Source: an uncultured bacterium (lineage in GTDB: Bacteria > Babelota > Babeliae > Babelales > Babelaceae). From it: 64,000 bases of DNA. The translations under genes were made by a program, and so were the position numbers. Location: the NCBI GenBank assembly GCA_963713855.1, contig OY970209.1, positions 128,001 through 192,000 on the forward strand, given 5' to 3'. Of this stretch, positions 39,692-49,745 are shown one piece after another; position 1 is the first letter of the stretch; every line of letters begins with the position of its first letter. The notes beneath the pieces are model-generated. The model was not told where the DNA came from, made no database searches, and saw nothing but the letters and a program-made list of their open reading frames with translations.

Positions 39692-40054
39692 ATGTCAAAA
39701 TCGACGTTTTTGTGCACAGTCTTCTTATTCTTAGTTTCAGCGAACTTTTATACTACTTTATTAGCAAAAAAAGGGTGCGAAATATATCAAAATTATGATA
39801 ACGCAGAGGTCCGTTATAAAGACCTTCAACGTTTTCTAGCGCGTATGATAGCTAGTTCTTTAGAAGCTCATAGGAAGGTTAATCTTAAACATAAAAGATC
39901 GGGAAAAGAAATCTGCTCCGAACTGTCTTGGCTACATTGTAGTAAAGAAATAAAACGTATGGCGCCAGCTTATGAGCCTGATGATTTGATAACTATAACA
40001 AGCTATCAAGTAAAAGATACCTGCAACGAAAGCACTATTTCAGACGAGCTTTAA
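39692..40054 (+). CDS. Hypothetical secreted protein
   Basis: GAGG RBS, hydrophobic N-terminus. Confidence 0.6.
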   Translation: MSKSTFLCTVFLFLVSANFYTTLLAKKGCEIYQNYDNAEVRYKDLQRFLARMIASSLEAHRKVNLKHKRSGKEICSELSWLHCSKEIKRMAPAYEPDDLITITSYQVKDTCNESTISDEL

Positions 40055-40123
40055 ACGCAAGCCAATCATCATTTGGTTTTATAAATAACTGCGATCATAA
40101 GCGTACTACGACAATTCTCAAAC

Positions 40124-41188
40124 CTAGCGTATTTTAAGCGTCATAAGTGACACAAGACAAAGAATTAATGAAACGAGCGCAAAACGAACGGTAATTTGTG
40201 CCTCAGGCCACCCGAGAAGCTCGAAGTGATGATGGAGTGGCGCCATTCTAAAGATGCGCTTTTTGCGTAACTTGTATGACCAGACCTGCAATATCACTGA
40301 AAGCGTTTCTAAGACAAAAAGGCCCCCCGAAATAGCTAAAAGCAGTTCTTGCTTTGCCATGAGCGCCATAAGCGCTAAGCCGCTACCTAAGGCTAAAGAT
40401 CCGACGTCCCCCATAAAAATCTGAGCAGGGTACGCGTTATACCACAAAAACCCAAGCGAGGCACCAATAAGCGTAGCTCCTATTACAGCAACCTCGGCAT
40501 TGCCCATAAAAGGTATATGAAGGTAGTTTGAAAAAATCGCATGTCCGGACACATATAAAAGACCGGTAAATGTGGCAAAATTAGAAACAAGCGACCCAAT
40601 AGCAAGACCGTCAAGGCCATCTGTTAGATTGACCGCGTTACTAGCACCTACCAAGAGAAACATAGCCCAAGGAACAAATAAAAGGCCCAGCTCCGGCATA
40701 CAGTGCTTAAAAAAAGGAAGGCATAAGGCTGTTGACGGGCTGCACCAGTAGATCCAAGCCATCGTAATGATAAGAGCAACAGCTATCTGAGCCAACAACT
40801 TTTTTCTCTCAGAAATGCCTCTATGCCCTTTAATTTTGGACCAGTCGTCCCAAAGACCTATCGCTCCAAACCCGCAAAGGCACGCTAGAAAAACCCAAAC
40901 GGCAGGCTTTAACCAGTTGCACCACAACAGACTCGAAAGAAGAACAACACCCAAAATAAAAAGGCCGCCCATGGTGGGCATACCATCTTTTGCCTTATGC
41001 GTTTTAGGGGCATGTTCACGAGCCTTAGAGCGGAACCACAAACGCGATTGCCTTATAAACCAATTTCCCCAGATAAAAGAAAAGAGAAGCGAAGTTAATA
41101 GAGCTGCCATCGTTCGAAAACTTACGTAATGAACAACGTTAAAAACGCTCAATGAAGGTTTTAAAACGAGTGCTAGATGGTATAACAT
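40124..41188 (-). CDS. mraY: Phospho-N-acetylmuramoyl-pentapeptide transferase
   Basis: PTMGG, WDD, NAVNLTDGLDGL, FMGDVGS, MAPLHHHFE. Confidence 0.97.
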   Translation of the reverse strand: MLYHLALVLKPSLSVFNVVHYVSFRTMAALLTSLLFSFIWGNWFIRQSRLWFRSKAREHAPKTHKAKDGMPTMGGLFILGVVLLSSLLWCNWLKPAVWVFLACLCGFGAIGLWDDWSKIKGHRGISERKKLLAQIAVALIITMAWIYWCSPSTALCLPFFKHCMPELGLLFVPWAMFLLVGASNAVNLTDGLDGLAIGSLVSNFATFTGLLYVSGHAIFSNYLHIPFMGNAEVAVIGATLIGASLGFLWYNAYPAQIFMGDVGSLALGSGLALMALMAKQELLLAISGGLFVLETLSVILQVWSYKLRKKRIFRMAPLHHHFELLGWPEAQITVRFALVSLILCLVSLMTLKIR

Positions 41189-41330
41189 GTTTTTAGCCAG
41201 TTAAGGTTGTACCTTGTAAGTATATCAGACATTACCCGACGACTGTAAGCTTGCGAATTTTGATTTTCCCCCAAAATGAGATATAGTTATTAGAAATTCA
41301 TTTAGTGAAAAAATGTAAAATAGGCAGAAC

Positions 41331-42017
41331 ATGAAAAACATTACTAGACTATTTTTTATTACGATCATGTTACTATCGGGCGTTCATGTAATTCAAGGTA
41401 TGGAAAAAGGAGAAAACGAAGTTAAAAAGCAAGAAGCTCGTTGTCTTTTGTGCTTTCAGAAAATAGACTCCTCGCCTGATTGCTTAATTCTTTTAGCCTT
41501 CCATAGGGATTGCTTAAACGCCTTCTTAGCCTCGCTCAATGATGAAGTTGATGCAGATAAAGTGGTACGAATTTTTGAAGAACAGTGCAATCAAATTGAG
41601 AACAATCAAAGAGAAAATCCGAACGAAGAAGTAACAAGAAGACATCTTACAAGATCAGAGCTCAAAGATTTAGTTGACACCTATCTAAGAGACACGCGAC
41701 AAGTAAGAGACGATAATAATAGCGCGATTGCTAATGCTCATTCATTAGCGACGGTACCAAGCCCATCTGGAAATGCTATAAGCACAGTTATGGTATTTAA
41801 CACCACATTAAACATTTCTGACACGGGAATGGTAAGATCTAACTCTCAGACACTTAACGGCAGTATGTATTGTGCCATGGCAAACACCAGTTTAAATAAT
41901 ATAACAATATATAGCGTAAACAACTCCACCTTCAATCTTATTTCAACCATCCCTGTTTCAAGCGTCTTACCAAGAGTACAGGAAAAAACCGGTGATGAAG
42001 AGATCTTACCTTTTTAG
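41331..42017 (+). CDS. Secreted protein with partial RING-like motif
   Basis: Signal peptide + GME; CLLC..FHRDC; Asn/Ser/Thr-rich C-terminus. Confidence 0.6.
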   Translation: MKNITRLFFITIMLLSGVHVIQGMEKGENEVKKQEARCLLCFQKIDSSPDCLILLAFHRDCLNAFLASLNDEVDADKVVRIFEEQCNQIENNQRENPNEEVTRRHLTRSELKDLVDTYLRDTRQVRDDNNSAIANAHSLATVPSPSGNAISTVMVFNTTLNISDTGMVRSNSQTLNGSMYCAMANTSLNNITIYSVNNSTFNLISTIPVSSVLPRVQEKTGDEEILPF

Positions 42018-42208
42018 CGATGAGCATCAGAATTGAACTTAATGATTTGCTAATAATCTGTGTTCAGGTTTTCCTCTTAAAACTAGATTGGGTATTCTTA
42101 AAGAAGATAGATGACTTTCAGCTGGTATAGTAAAAGCTGTTGCTTGAACTTTAAAAATTCTGCTAAGGTACTGGCAAGATACTATACCTACTTTCTGAAG
42201 GAGTGCTC

Positions 42209-43114
42209 ATGTATACGCGCAAGATAGCCCTTCTCATAGCACTTATTATCTGCCATTCACTCTATTGCAAGAAGGCAGTGGATCAAAGCTGGAGCGGCGA
42301 TTACTACAATGAGCACTCAGACCCTCAATATAAAGTAGCCATGTCTATGCTTAAAGATAATAAGCTCCGGGATTACCAAAACATATTAGATATTGGCTGT
42401 GGTAGCGGAAAAATAACAGAAAAGATCGCTTCAATGTCACCAAATGCTACTATCGAAGCGATTGATGCTTCAGAAAATATGGTTAATGCGGCACGCAGGA
42501 AATACACAAAACTTGATAAGGTACGTTTTAGTGTTGAGGACGCTCAAAAGTTACCTTATAAAGAAAAATTTGATTTAGTGATCTCGTGCTCATGCATACA
42601 CTGGATTAAGGACAAAAAAGCACTTTTCGATGGAATTGCAAAGGCTCTAAAACCAGAGGGCATGGTTCTTATTGTTGGTTGTGCAAAAAGCGATAAAAAC
42701 CCTATATCCAAAGCAATACTAGAGCTTAAAGATATACTGCCCTGGAGCTTATTCCTTGCAGATGTTGACCCTGATACACAATTTTTCCCCATAGAAAAAG
42801 AATCAGCAGAAAAAGCTCTTACAAAAGCAGGCTTGGAGCCCCTGGAAGTTAATGAAATTTTCTTCCCGCTCACCTTCAAGAACAAGGATGACATGGCTAA
42901 CTGGATATTCGGGTGGCTCGGTGGGGTGAGTGCTCTTTCAAAGTTGACGGATGAGAATAGAAAACTGTTTGCTCAAACGGTGGCAGAACATTACTCTATG
43001 AAGGCGCCAAGAGGTAAGAGAGGTTCAATTATCTATAACTGGCCACTAGCCATTATAAAAGCAAAAAAACAACCAGCTACCAGCCATGCTCAGAATAGCA
43101 CACCCCCTTCTTGA
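42209..43114 (+). CDS. Class I SAM-dependent methyltransferase (Tam-like) with signal peptide
   Basis: ILDIGCGSG, IDAS, FDLV..HW, LKPEG. Confidence 0.88.
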   Translation: MYTRKIALLIALIICHSLYCKKAVDQSWSGDYYNEHSDPQYKVAMSMLKDNKLRDYQNILDIGCGSGKITEKIASMSPNATIEAIDASENMVNAARRKYTKLDKVRFSVEDAQKLPYKEKFDLVISCSCIHWIKDKKALFDGIAKALKPEGMVLIVGCAKSDKNPISKAILELKDILPWSLFLADVDPDTQFFPIEKESAEKALTKAGLEPLEVNEIFFPLTFKNKDDMANWIFGWLGGVSALSKLTDENRKLFAQTVAEHYSMKAPRGKRGSIIYNWPLAIIKAKKQPATSHAQNSTPPS

Positions 43115-43523
43115 CAGACTCTATCATCTGCTTATTTGCAGGTATAATGTCTTCAGGTAAGTCATCTAGCCCGAACCACTCGATGACACTGTGTTTATGG
43201 GGCTCTTTATTATAAGGAACGCCTTGCCACCTTTGCACTTTAAACACAAATGCAACAAGCTCCTCGTGAGTTCCTTTTCTATGCAAAGCATGCGCGAATA
43301 CAAGATCTTCTTCTTCAATTAATATCCCTACTTCCTCAAAAGCCTCCCTTGTTGCAGCTTTACGAAAAGTCTCCCCTTTTTCTACTTTACCACCTATGAG
43401 CGAATACTGATTGTTTGCAAAAAGAGCATTCGTTCTTTTAAGAAGGAGCACCTTGTTATCACAAAGCGCAAGCACCAGGACAAACGGTACAACGGTATGC
43501 ATGACTTGAACCTTTAAAAACAC
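43077..43523 (-). CDS. Nudix hydrolase
   Basis: GGKVEKGE..AATREAFEEVG; NKEPHKH. Confidence 0.9.
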   Translation of the reverse strand: MFLKVQVMHTVVPFVLVLALCDNKVLLLKRTNALFANNQYSLIGGKVEKGETFRKAATREAFEEVGILIEEEDLVFAHALHRKGTHEELVAFVFKVQRWQGVPYNKEPHKHSVIEWFGLDDLPEDIIPANKQMIESVKKGVCYSEHGW

Positions 43524-43613
43524 TCTCTTTTATAGTCTAGCTTTTTTTATGGAAATACCCCACTTTTTCGCCCTGTTATTTTTTTGATTTACTCGATGAA
43601 AAAAGTATTCTGC

Positions 43614-43641
43614 TTGACATAAAATTTAAATAAACTACAAT
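43614..43641 (+). promoter_or_regulatory. sigma70-like promoter
   Basis: TTGACA-16 bp-TACAAT. Confidence 0.6.
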
Positions 43642-43701
43642 TACACATGTGATATATAAGCAAATATTATTTCACTTAAGATCTAGAAAAGGAAATTTGA
43701 C

Positions 43702-44307
43702 ATGTTAAAGTCATTCACTGTTAAAGCAGTTGCTTATAGCATTGCTCTGGCGTTAGCTCTTCCTATGATGAGCTCAACAGCTTTTGCAAGGCCTCGTAAA
43801 GCTACTAAAACAGCAACAACTAAGACAACAAGAAAGCCGGCGGCAAAAAAAGCAGCTCCTTCGAGAAAGCCAGCTGCAAAACGTCCAGCAACTGCGGCAA
43901 AAAACCAAACACGCGGTAAAAAGCCTGCAGCAAAACCAGCAAAACCGGCAAAGCCAGCCCCAAAAGCAGCTCCTGGTAATCCAGAATCAGAAGCACAAGA
44001 GCTTGTTGCCCGATTTCTCGATGACAAAGACAACAGCATCAGCTGGTTGTGCACCGTAGATAAGCTGACAACAATTCTTAAAGGGCAAAGAAAATACAAC
44101 GCTGCTCTTGCAAGCTTAAAAGCAACACGTAACGTACAAAATCCTATTGCTATAGGAAAAAAGCTTGAAGCTCAATTCAAATCACCTGCTGGTATTGATC
44201 TTCTAAATGAAAAATCATCAACTCTCATCTATAGCTACTCTAAGATACAGCTTCTCAACCTCATGAAAAAGCGTATTAAGCTTAACGGCAAAGTACCTTG
44301 TTCTTAA
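43702..44307 (+). CDS. Secreted protein with Lys/Ala/Pro-rich basic tail; paralogue 1 of a triad
   Basis: Signal peptide (..TAFA), KPAAK repeats, C-terminal domain shared with the next two genes. Confidence 0.75.
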   Translation: MLKSFTVKAVAYSIALALALPMMSSTAFARPRKATKTATTKTTRKPAAKKAAPSRKPAAKRPATAAKNQTRGKKPAAKPAKPAKPAPKAAPGNPESEAQELVARFLDDKDNSISWLCTVDKLTTILKGQRKYNAALASLKATRNVQNPIAIGKKLEAQFKSPAGIDLLNEKSSTLIYSYSKIQLLNLMKKRIKLNGKVPCS

Positions 44308-44371
44308 ATTCTTTCGTAGCACGCCCTCTTTAAAATTGGGCGTGCTCGTCTTTAATGTAGAAAGGAACATA

Positions 44372-44794
44372 ATGGTTCGTTATACACGTATAAGTGCATT
44401 ATTGCTGATCAGCGCCCTGTTATGCAACGGAATACAGGCTTTGGCAACGGTAAAATGCAAGCCTCATACTGAAAACAAAATGAAAACCCTTTTTAATAAA
44501 CTCGTTACCGTCGGAAACACATACGGCTGGAAAGAGTTCAGCCATCAAGCAAGCGAGGCCTTTGCTCAAGATGCAATCTGTAAAGACATGGCCGAAGTCT
44601 TTAAAAGTTTAGAAAACTCTCAAAACCCGATATGGGTGGGAGTAAAATTAAACGCTTATTTAAATAGGCTACCTAAAGAAATTGATGCGACGATCAAAGC
44701 ATTAGGCGTACTGAAGCTTAAAAGTATCATAGAAGAAAAAATGGCAATTAAAAAACCAGCTTCAACGCACCATCATCGCCACGACGAGCTTTAA
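44372..44794 (+). CDS. Secreted protein; paralogue 2 of the triad
   Basis: AAGGA RBS, signal peptide, WKEF..QNPIWVGVKL. Confidence 0.72.
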   Translation: MVRYTRISALLLISALLCNGIQALATVKCKPHTENKMKTLFNKLVTVGNTYGWKEFSHQASEAFAQDAICKDMAEVFKSLENSQNPIWVGVKLNAYLNRLPKEIDATIKALGVLKLKSIIEEKMAIKKPASTHHHRHDEL

Positions 44795-44850
44795 AGATCT
44801 TACTTCCAGGAGCAGGTTCTAGCCTGCTCCTACAAAAAGATAAAACAGTT

Positions 44851-45285
44851 ATGATAGCAAAAAAATCTCTCCTTTTGAGCTTAGCTTTGATTTCTAACTG
44901 TTTATATGCATTTCCAGAAAAATCCCCTGTTTTACCAAAACCAGTTGTAGCTGAAGTGAAAGCCGCACCTAGCCCCATTGAAAAGATAGATGATGAGGCA
45001 TGCTTTCTTATCAATAAACTTATCAATCTTGAAGACAAAAGCCTTAACTGGAAGGATTTTTGTAACCAGATGGCCACGATTTACGATAAGGACGTAAAGT
45101 TTAAAAGTCTTTCAGAAACCTTCAGATCACTTTCATTATCGACAAATACTTATTACATTGGTTACCAGCTTTCCTGGTATAAAAGCATATTACCACCAAA
45201 AACGTATACTTTACTCTATAAATACTCCTCTAGCGAGCTCAGTCATTTTATAGCTGAACGGATCAAGCTTAACCCAAGGCCTTAA
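44851..45285 (+). CDS. Secreted protein; paralogue 3 of the triad
   Basis: Signal peptide, WKDF..TNTYYIGYQL..RIKLN. Confidence 0.72.
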   Translation: MIAKKSLLLSLALISNCLYAFPEKSPVLPKPVVAEVKAAPSPIEKIDDEACFLINKLINLEDKSLNWKDFCNQMATIYDKDVKFKSLSETFRSLSLSTNTYYIGYQLSWYKSILPPKTYTLLYKYSSSELSHFIAERIKLNPRP

Positions 45286-45377
45286 CCGATTAGCGCGATA
45301 CGTATTCTTACGATATACTATGTAGTATGATAATACTGTCTTTAAGGATGAACCCATCTACGCTCTTGATATAACCT

Positions 45378-47231
45378 ATGAGTAAGAACTTTTGCGCCTC
45401 CTTTGATGTTATCGTTGTTGGTGGTGGTCACGCCGGTATTGAAGCTGCTTATGCTGCAGCTCGTATGGGCTCTAGCACACTTATGATTACCCTTAATATT
45501 GACCGTATTGGGCATATGCCCTGTAACCCGGCTATAGGCGGTATTGGTAAAGGGCACATGGTATTTGAGATTAGTGCCTTAGGTGGGCTTATGCCAAAGC
45601 TTGCAACAAAGTCATACCTTCAAGCGCGCATGCTCAACACCCGAAAAGGCCCAGCTGTCCAAGGTTTACGTCTCCAGATAGATAAGTTTGCTTACAACAA
45701 GTTAAGCAAAGAATACCTTGCCCACGTTCCAAATTTAACAATAGTCATGGGCATGGTTGAAGAGGTACTTCTTGCAGCCGATGGATCAATAGAAGGTATA
45801 CGCACACGTGAAGGAGCAGCGTACAAGGGCAAAACAGTTGTTTTGACGACAGGAACTTTCTTGAATGGCCTTATTCACGTTGGTCAAACGAATTACACCG
45901 CAGGACGCCAGGGCGAAGAAGCTTCTACCTCGCTTTCCCACTTTCTAAAGGGCTTGACGCTTGATCTTGGCCGATTAAAAACGGGAACACCTGCACGCTT
46001 ATTGCGATCAAGTCTCGATTTTTCAAAAATGGAATGCCAGGGGTCAGATGATCTTGAGTATCTTTTTGAATTTAAACCACATAAGGTCAAGCACGTCTTA
46101 CCGTGCTATATTACGTACACAAATCAAAACACGCATGATATCATTAGCCAAAATGCAGCCCATTCTCCCATTTATAGCGGCAAAATCAAGGGAATAGCCC
46201 CGCGCTATTGTCCATCAATTGAAGATAAAATTTCACGATTTGCCCACAAGTCGAGCCATCACGTTTTTGTAGAGCCTGAAGGGCTTAATAGCGAAGAGAT
46301 GTATCCTAACGGTCTATCGACATCGCTTCCTCTTGCTGTCCAAAATGAATTTTTACGCACTATAGAAGGTTTTCAAAACGTTATTATCACAAGGCCAGGT
46401 TACGCGATCGAGTACGACTTTGTGTTGCCGTCACAACTAAAACACACACTTGAGCTTAAAAAGCTCGCGGGGCTTTTTCTTGCCGGCCAAATAAACGGTA
46501 CGACCGGTTACGAAGAAGCTGCCGGTCAAGGTATTATGGCGGGCATCAACGCACACCTGACCGCTCACAACAAAAAACCGTTCATTTTAGAAAGGCACGA
46601 TGGCTACATAGGTATTATGATCGATGACCTTGTCACCATGGGTGTCGATGAGCCTTATAGAATGTTCACCTCAAGAGCCGAATGCCGACTGACAATACGA
46701 CAAGATAATACTTTTAAGCGCCTATCTAAGCGAGCTTACGAGCTTGGGTTAATTGATTCTGAACTCTATGACGACATTGCCCAGGAAAATGAAGCTATCG
46801 ACAAGCGAGTGGATGTTGTGCAAAAAAAATACGGCATAGAAATTACACGTATGCTCTCACAAGGAGACGTAGAAGCTGTTATGAAGCTCATTGAAGGCGC
46901 GGAAGAAAGTCCGTTGTCAAAAAGGGCCCTTCAGAGTGTTTATGCAGAACTACTCTATGCTCCATACTTAAAACGGGAAGCGCGTGAAATTGAAAAGAGC
47001 CAGGCCTATCAAGAGCTTCCAGTACCGGCAGATATGAACTTTAAAAACGTGCCCGGACTATCTATAGAATTACAACAAAAACTAGCAAAATATCGCCCTT
47101 TAACGATTGCCGCTGCTGCCCGCATTCCAGGAATGACACCTGCTGCAATAGCACTTCTTATTTTTAGAATACGCGAGTGTGCAAAAGATAGTGACCTTCA
47201 ATGCCCTAACGATCCCCAAGACAATGATTAA
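45378..47231 (+). CDS. mnmG: tRNA uridine-5-carboxymethylaminomethyl modification enzyme
   Basis: GGGHAG, CNPAIGG, KTGTP, RYCPSIEDK, GQINGTTGYEEA, PYRMFTSRAE. Confidence 0.97.
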   Translation: MSKNFCASFDVIVVGGGHAGIEAAYAAARMGSSTLMITLNIDRIGHMPCNPAIGGIGKGHMVFEISALGGLMPKLATKSYLQARMLNTRKGPAVQGLRLQIDKFAYNKLSKEYLAHVPNLTIVMGMVEEVLLAADGSIEGIRTREGAAYKGKTVVLTTGTFLNGLIHVGQTNYTAGRQGEEASTSLSHFLKGLTLDLGRLKTGTPARLLRSSLDFSKMECQGSDDLEYLFEFKPHKVKHVLPCYITYTNQNTHDIISQNAAHSPIYSGKIKGIAPRYCPSIEDKISRFAHKSSHHVFVEPEGLNSEEMYPNGLSTSLPLAVQNEFLRTIEGFQNVIITRPGYAIEYDFVLPSQLKHTLELKKLAGLFLAGQINGTTGYEEAAGQGIMAGINAHLTAHNKKPFILERHDGYIGIMIDDLVTMGVDEPYRMFTSRAECRLTIRQDNTFKRLSKRAYELGLIDSELYDDIAQENEAIDKRVDVVQKKYGIEITRMLSQGDVEAVMKLIEGAEESPLSKRALQSVYAELLYAPYLKREAREIEKSQAYQELPVPADMNFKNVPGLSIELQQKLAKYRPLTIAAAARIPGMTPAAIALLIFRIRECAKDSDLQCPNDPQDND

Positions 47232-48009
47232 GATTTATCCACTTACACTGCCCCTTTTTGGTTCGATTGCCATCCAAGGCTACGGGCTCATGGTGGCTCT
47301 TGGTGTGGGACTTGCTTACTGGGCAATCGAACGTGATTTTAAACGCTTTAAGGTCATGGCACCGGCTACGTTCAGTACTCTTTTTGCGTGGGCCATTGGC
47401 TTTGCCATCCTCGGTGGTCGCTTTCTGTACGTTCTTGAAAAAGCTCACACCTTCACGAGCTGGAGGGACATTTTTTTTGTCTGGCAGGGCGGACTTTCCG
47501 TTCTTGGCGCGGTCATTCTTATAATAGCCTACGCCTTTTTTATTCTGCGGCACTTGAAAATCCCCTATTTTCCGTGTCTTGATATTGTCGCTATTTATGC
47601 ACCGTTAATGCATGCTTTTGGTCGCCTTGGCTGCTTGTGGGCGGGATGCTGTTACGGAGGTACTACAAATATGCCCTGGGCGATCATGTATGGAGGTAAC
47701 CCTTCGGAAGCTCCGGTGCACATACCTCTGCACCCTACACAGGCATACAGCGCTCTTATTTTTTTTGTTCTCTTTGGTATTCTAGTATGGCTTTCAAAAA
47801 AACGTCAGGTGACGACCTTGCGTGAAGGACTTCTTAGTTGCATCTACCTTTTTGGGATGTCAAGTGAGCGGTTTTTAGTTGATTTTCTGCGTGATGATCG
47901 CAGTTTATGGTTTCAAATGCTCTCACTTCACCAGCTTTTTGCGCTTTTGGTGGGTGGACTTTCGGTGGGGGTATTGGTAATGAGTAGAAAGCGTACGATA
48001 ACTACCTAA
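47224..48009 (+). CDS. lgt: Prolipoprotein diacylglyceryl transferase
   Basis: YGLM, GGRF.Y, W.GG, GRLGC..AGCCYG, HPTQ.Y, RF..DF.R. Confidence 0.92.
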   Translation: MIKIYPLTLPLFGSIAIQGYGLMVALGVGLAYWAIERDFKRFKVMAPATFSTLFAWAIGFAILGGRFLYVLEKAHTFTSWRDIFFVWQGGLSVLGAVILIIAYAFFILRHLKIPYFPCLDIVAIYAPLMHAFGRLGCLWAGCCYGGTTNMPWAIMYGGNPSEAPVHIPLHPTQAYSALIFFVLFGILVWLSKKRQVTTLREGLLSCIYLFGMSSERFLVDFLRDDRSLWFQMLSLHQLFALLVGGLSVGVLVMSRKRTITT

Positions 48010-48017
48010 AGGTGGGC

Positions 48018-49745
48018 ATGAACATTTTCGCTTTTATAAAGTCACGAGTCTCTATTACTGACGTTGTTCAAGAGTACGTGACGCTCAAAAAAATGGGCTT
48101 GTACCTAAAAGGGCAGTGTCCTTTTCATCATGAGCGCACCGGCTCTTTTACGGTCAGTCCCCACAGGGACATATTTTATTGCTTTGGCTGCCATAAGGGC
48201 GGGGATGTCATTTCTTTTATAAGCGAAGCGGAGCACTGTACACCGTTTGAAGCAGTACAGCACTTAGCTGAGCGGTACCATATTGCTTTACCAGAAGATT
48301 CGTATAACCAAGAAAAGCACGAACTCAAAACACATAAGTTAAAACGCTACAATGAACTGTGTCATCATTTTGCCCAATGGTGCCATAATCAGTTGTCGGC
48401 AGAAAACAATAATGGCGCGCTCGATTATTGCTTAAAAAGAGGCATATCGGTCGAAAGCATCAAGCACTTTACTCTAGGCTACTTTACCGAAAACGCGCTA
48501 GCAGACTTGCTTGAATACCTTAGAAGTAAAGGTTTTATCGCTCAAGACCTTATAGATGCGCACATCCTGCATAAAGGAAAGCAAGGGTTATATTCGCCCT
48601 TTAACCAGAGAATTATTTTTCCTATACGGGACTACTTGGGGAGAGTATGTGGCTTTGGTGGCAGGATATTTAAAAGTGACGATGTTCGACCCAAGTATTA
48701 CAATTCTCAGGATCATCCCTTTTTTACCAAAGGGCATGTCCTCTTTGGCCTTGATCGCGCAAAAAAAGCTATACAAAATGAGCAAAGCGCTTTTTTGGTT
48801 GAAGGGTACCTTGATTGTATAGCAATGGCCCAAGCTGGATACACCTCAACAGTTGCCACCTTGGGGACAGCAACCACCATAGACCACTTAAAACTTTTAG
48901 GACGGTATGCCCAAAGACTGTACATAGTATTTGATGGAGATAACGCCGGTCAACAAGCTATTACTAAACTTACTCACCTTTCTTGGGCTTCAGGTATGGA
49001 ATTATCAGTCATAACTCTACCCGAAAAAGAAGATCCTGCTTCACTTTTACAAAAAGAAAAAAGCATGAGCGGCCCTATAGAAAATGCACAAGATATATTC
49101 ATATTCTTTATGCAACGCTTAGGTTCAGGATACCAAACAAAGCCTATGCAAGAGCGTTTAGCCATTCTGGAAGAGCTTTTAGAGGCTATCCACTGCGTTC
49201 AAGATCCGCTTAAACGTTCATTCTTATTGCAAAAAGCGTCAGCTACCTTCAGTATACCACTCGAGGTACTCGAGCGCCCCGTTTTACCTCAAGCTGAAAA
49301 GCCTTTACCAGATCAAAAAGTATTAATACTTCCTTTAGAAAGGCAACTTTTTATGACCATATTCCGAAAAGGCCTTTCTATTAAGAAAGAGGATGAAGAA
49401 CTCATTCATAAAAACTGCAGAGAAGATGTCTCTTTACTTATTGGAAAATTACTGTTATATATTAAAGATAAAAACCCTTATCAAGAAAATGATTTTTTAG
49501 CTATGCTCTCTAATGAAGAAAGGGAGTGTGCGATTAGCCTTATTATGCATGGCGAGGAAGACCCTGAGGCGGAGATGGACGAGCTTTTAAAACCCTTATG
49601 GAAAAAAGAATGGAGAACTCAGGCGACAACCATCAAACTTCAGCTGCATCAGGCGGAGCAAACGGGCAGCCATATGGCGGTACAAGAAATTATGAAAGCA
49701 TTTACCAATTTAAAAGCGAAGATGAGAGAAAAGGGGATCTTATGA
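48018..49745 (+). CDS. dnaG: DNA primase
   Basis: CPFH..CFGC zinc finger, FGGR, KY.NS, EGYLD, FDGD.AG. Confidence 0.96.
   Translation: MNIFAFIKSRVSITDVVQEYVTLKKMGLYLKGQCPFHHERTGSFTVSPHRDIFYCFGCHKGGDVISFISEAEHCTPFEAVQHLAERYHIALPEDSYNQEKHELKTHKLKRYNELCHHFAQWCHNQLSAENNNGALDYCLKRGISVESIKHFTLGYFTENALADLLEYLRSKGFIAQDLIDAHILHKGKQGLYSPFNQRIIFPIRDYLGRVCGFGGRIFKSDDVRPKYYNSQDHPFFTKGHVLFGLDRAKKAIQNEQSAFLVEGYLDCIAMAQAGYTSTVATLGTATTIDHLKLLGRYAQRLYIVFDGDNAGQQAITKLTHLSWASGMELSVITLPEKEDPASLLQKEKSMSGPIENAQDIFIFFMQRLGSGYQTKPMQERLAILEELLEAIHCVQDPLKRSFLLQKASATFSIPLEVLERPVLPQAEKPLPDQKVLILPLERQLFMTIFRKGLSIKKEDEELIHKNCREDVSLLIGKLLLYIKDKNPYQENDFLAMLSNEERECAISLIMHGEEDPEAEMDELLKPLWKKEWRTQATTIKLQLHQAEQTGSHMAVQEIMKAFTNLKAKMREKGIL

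Noticed and set aside
49598..49741. N-terminal extension of RpoD
   Set aside because: Overlaps the dnaG C-terminus; the ATG at 49742 has an RBS and ATGA coupling
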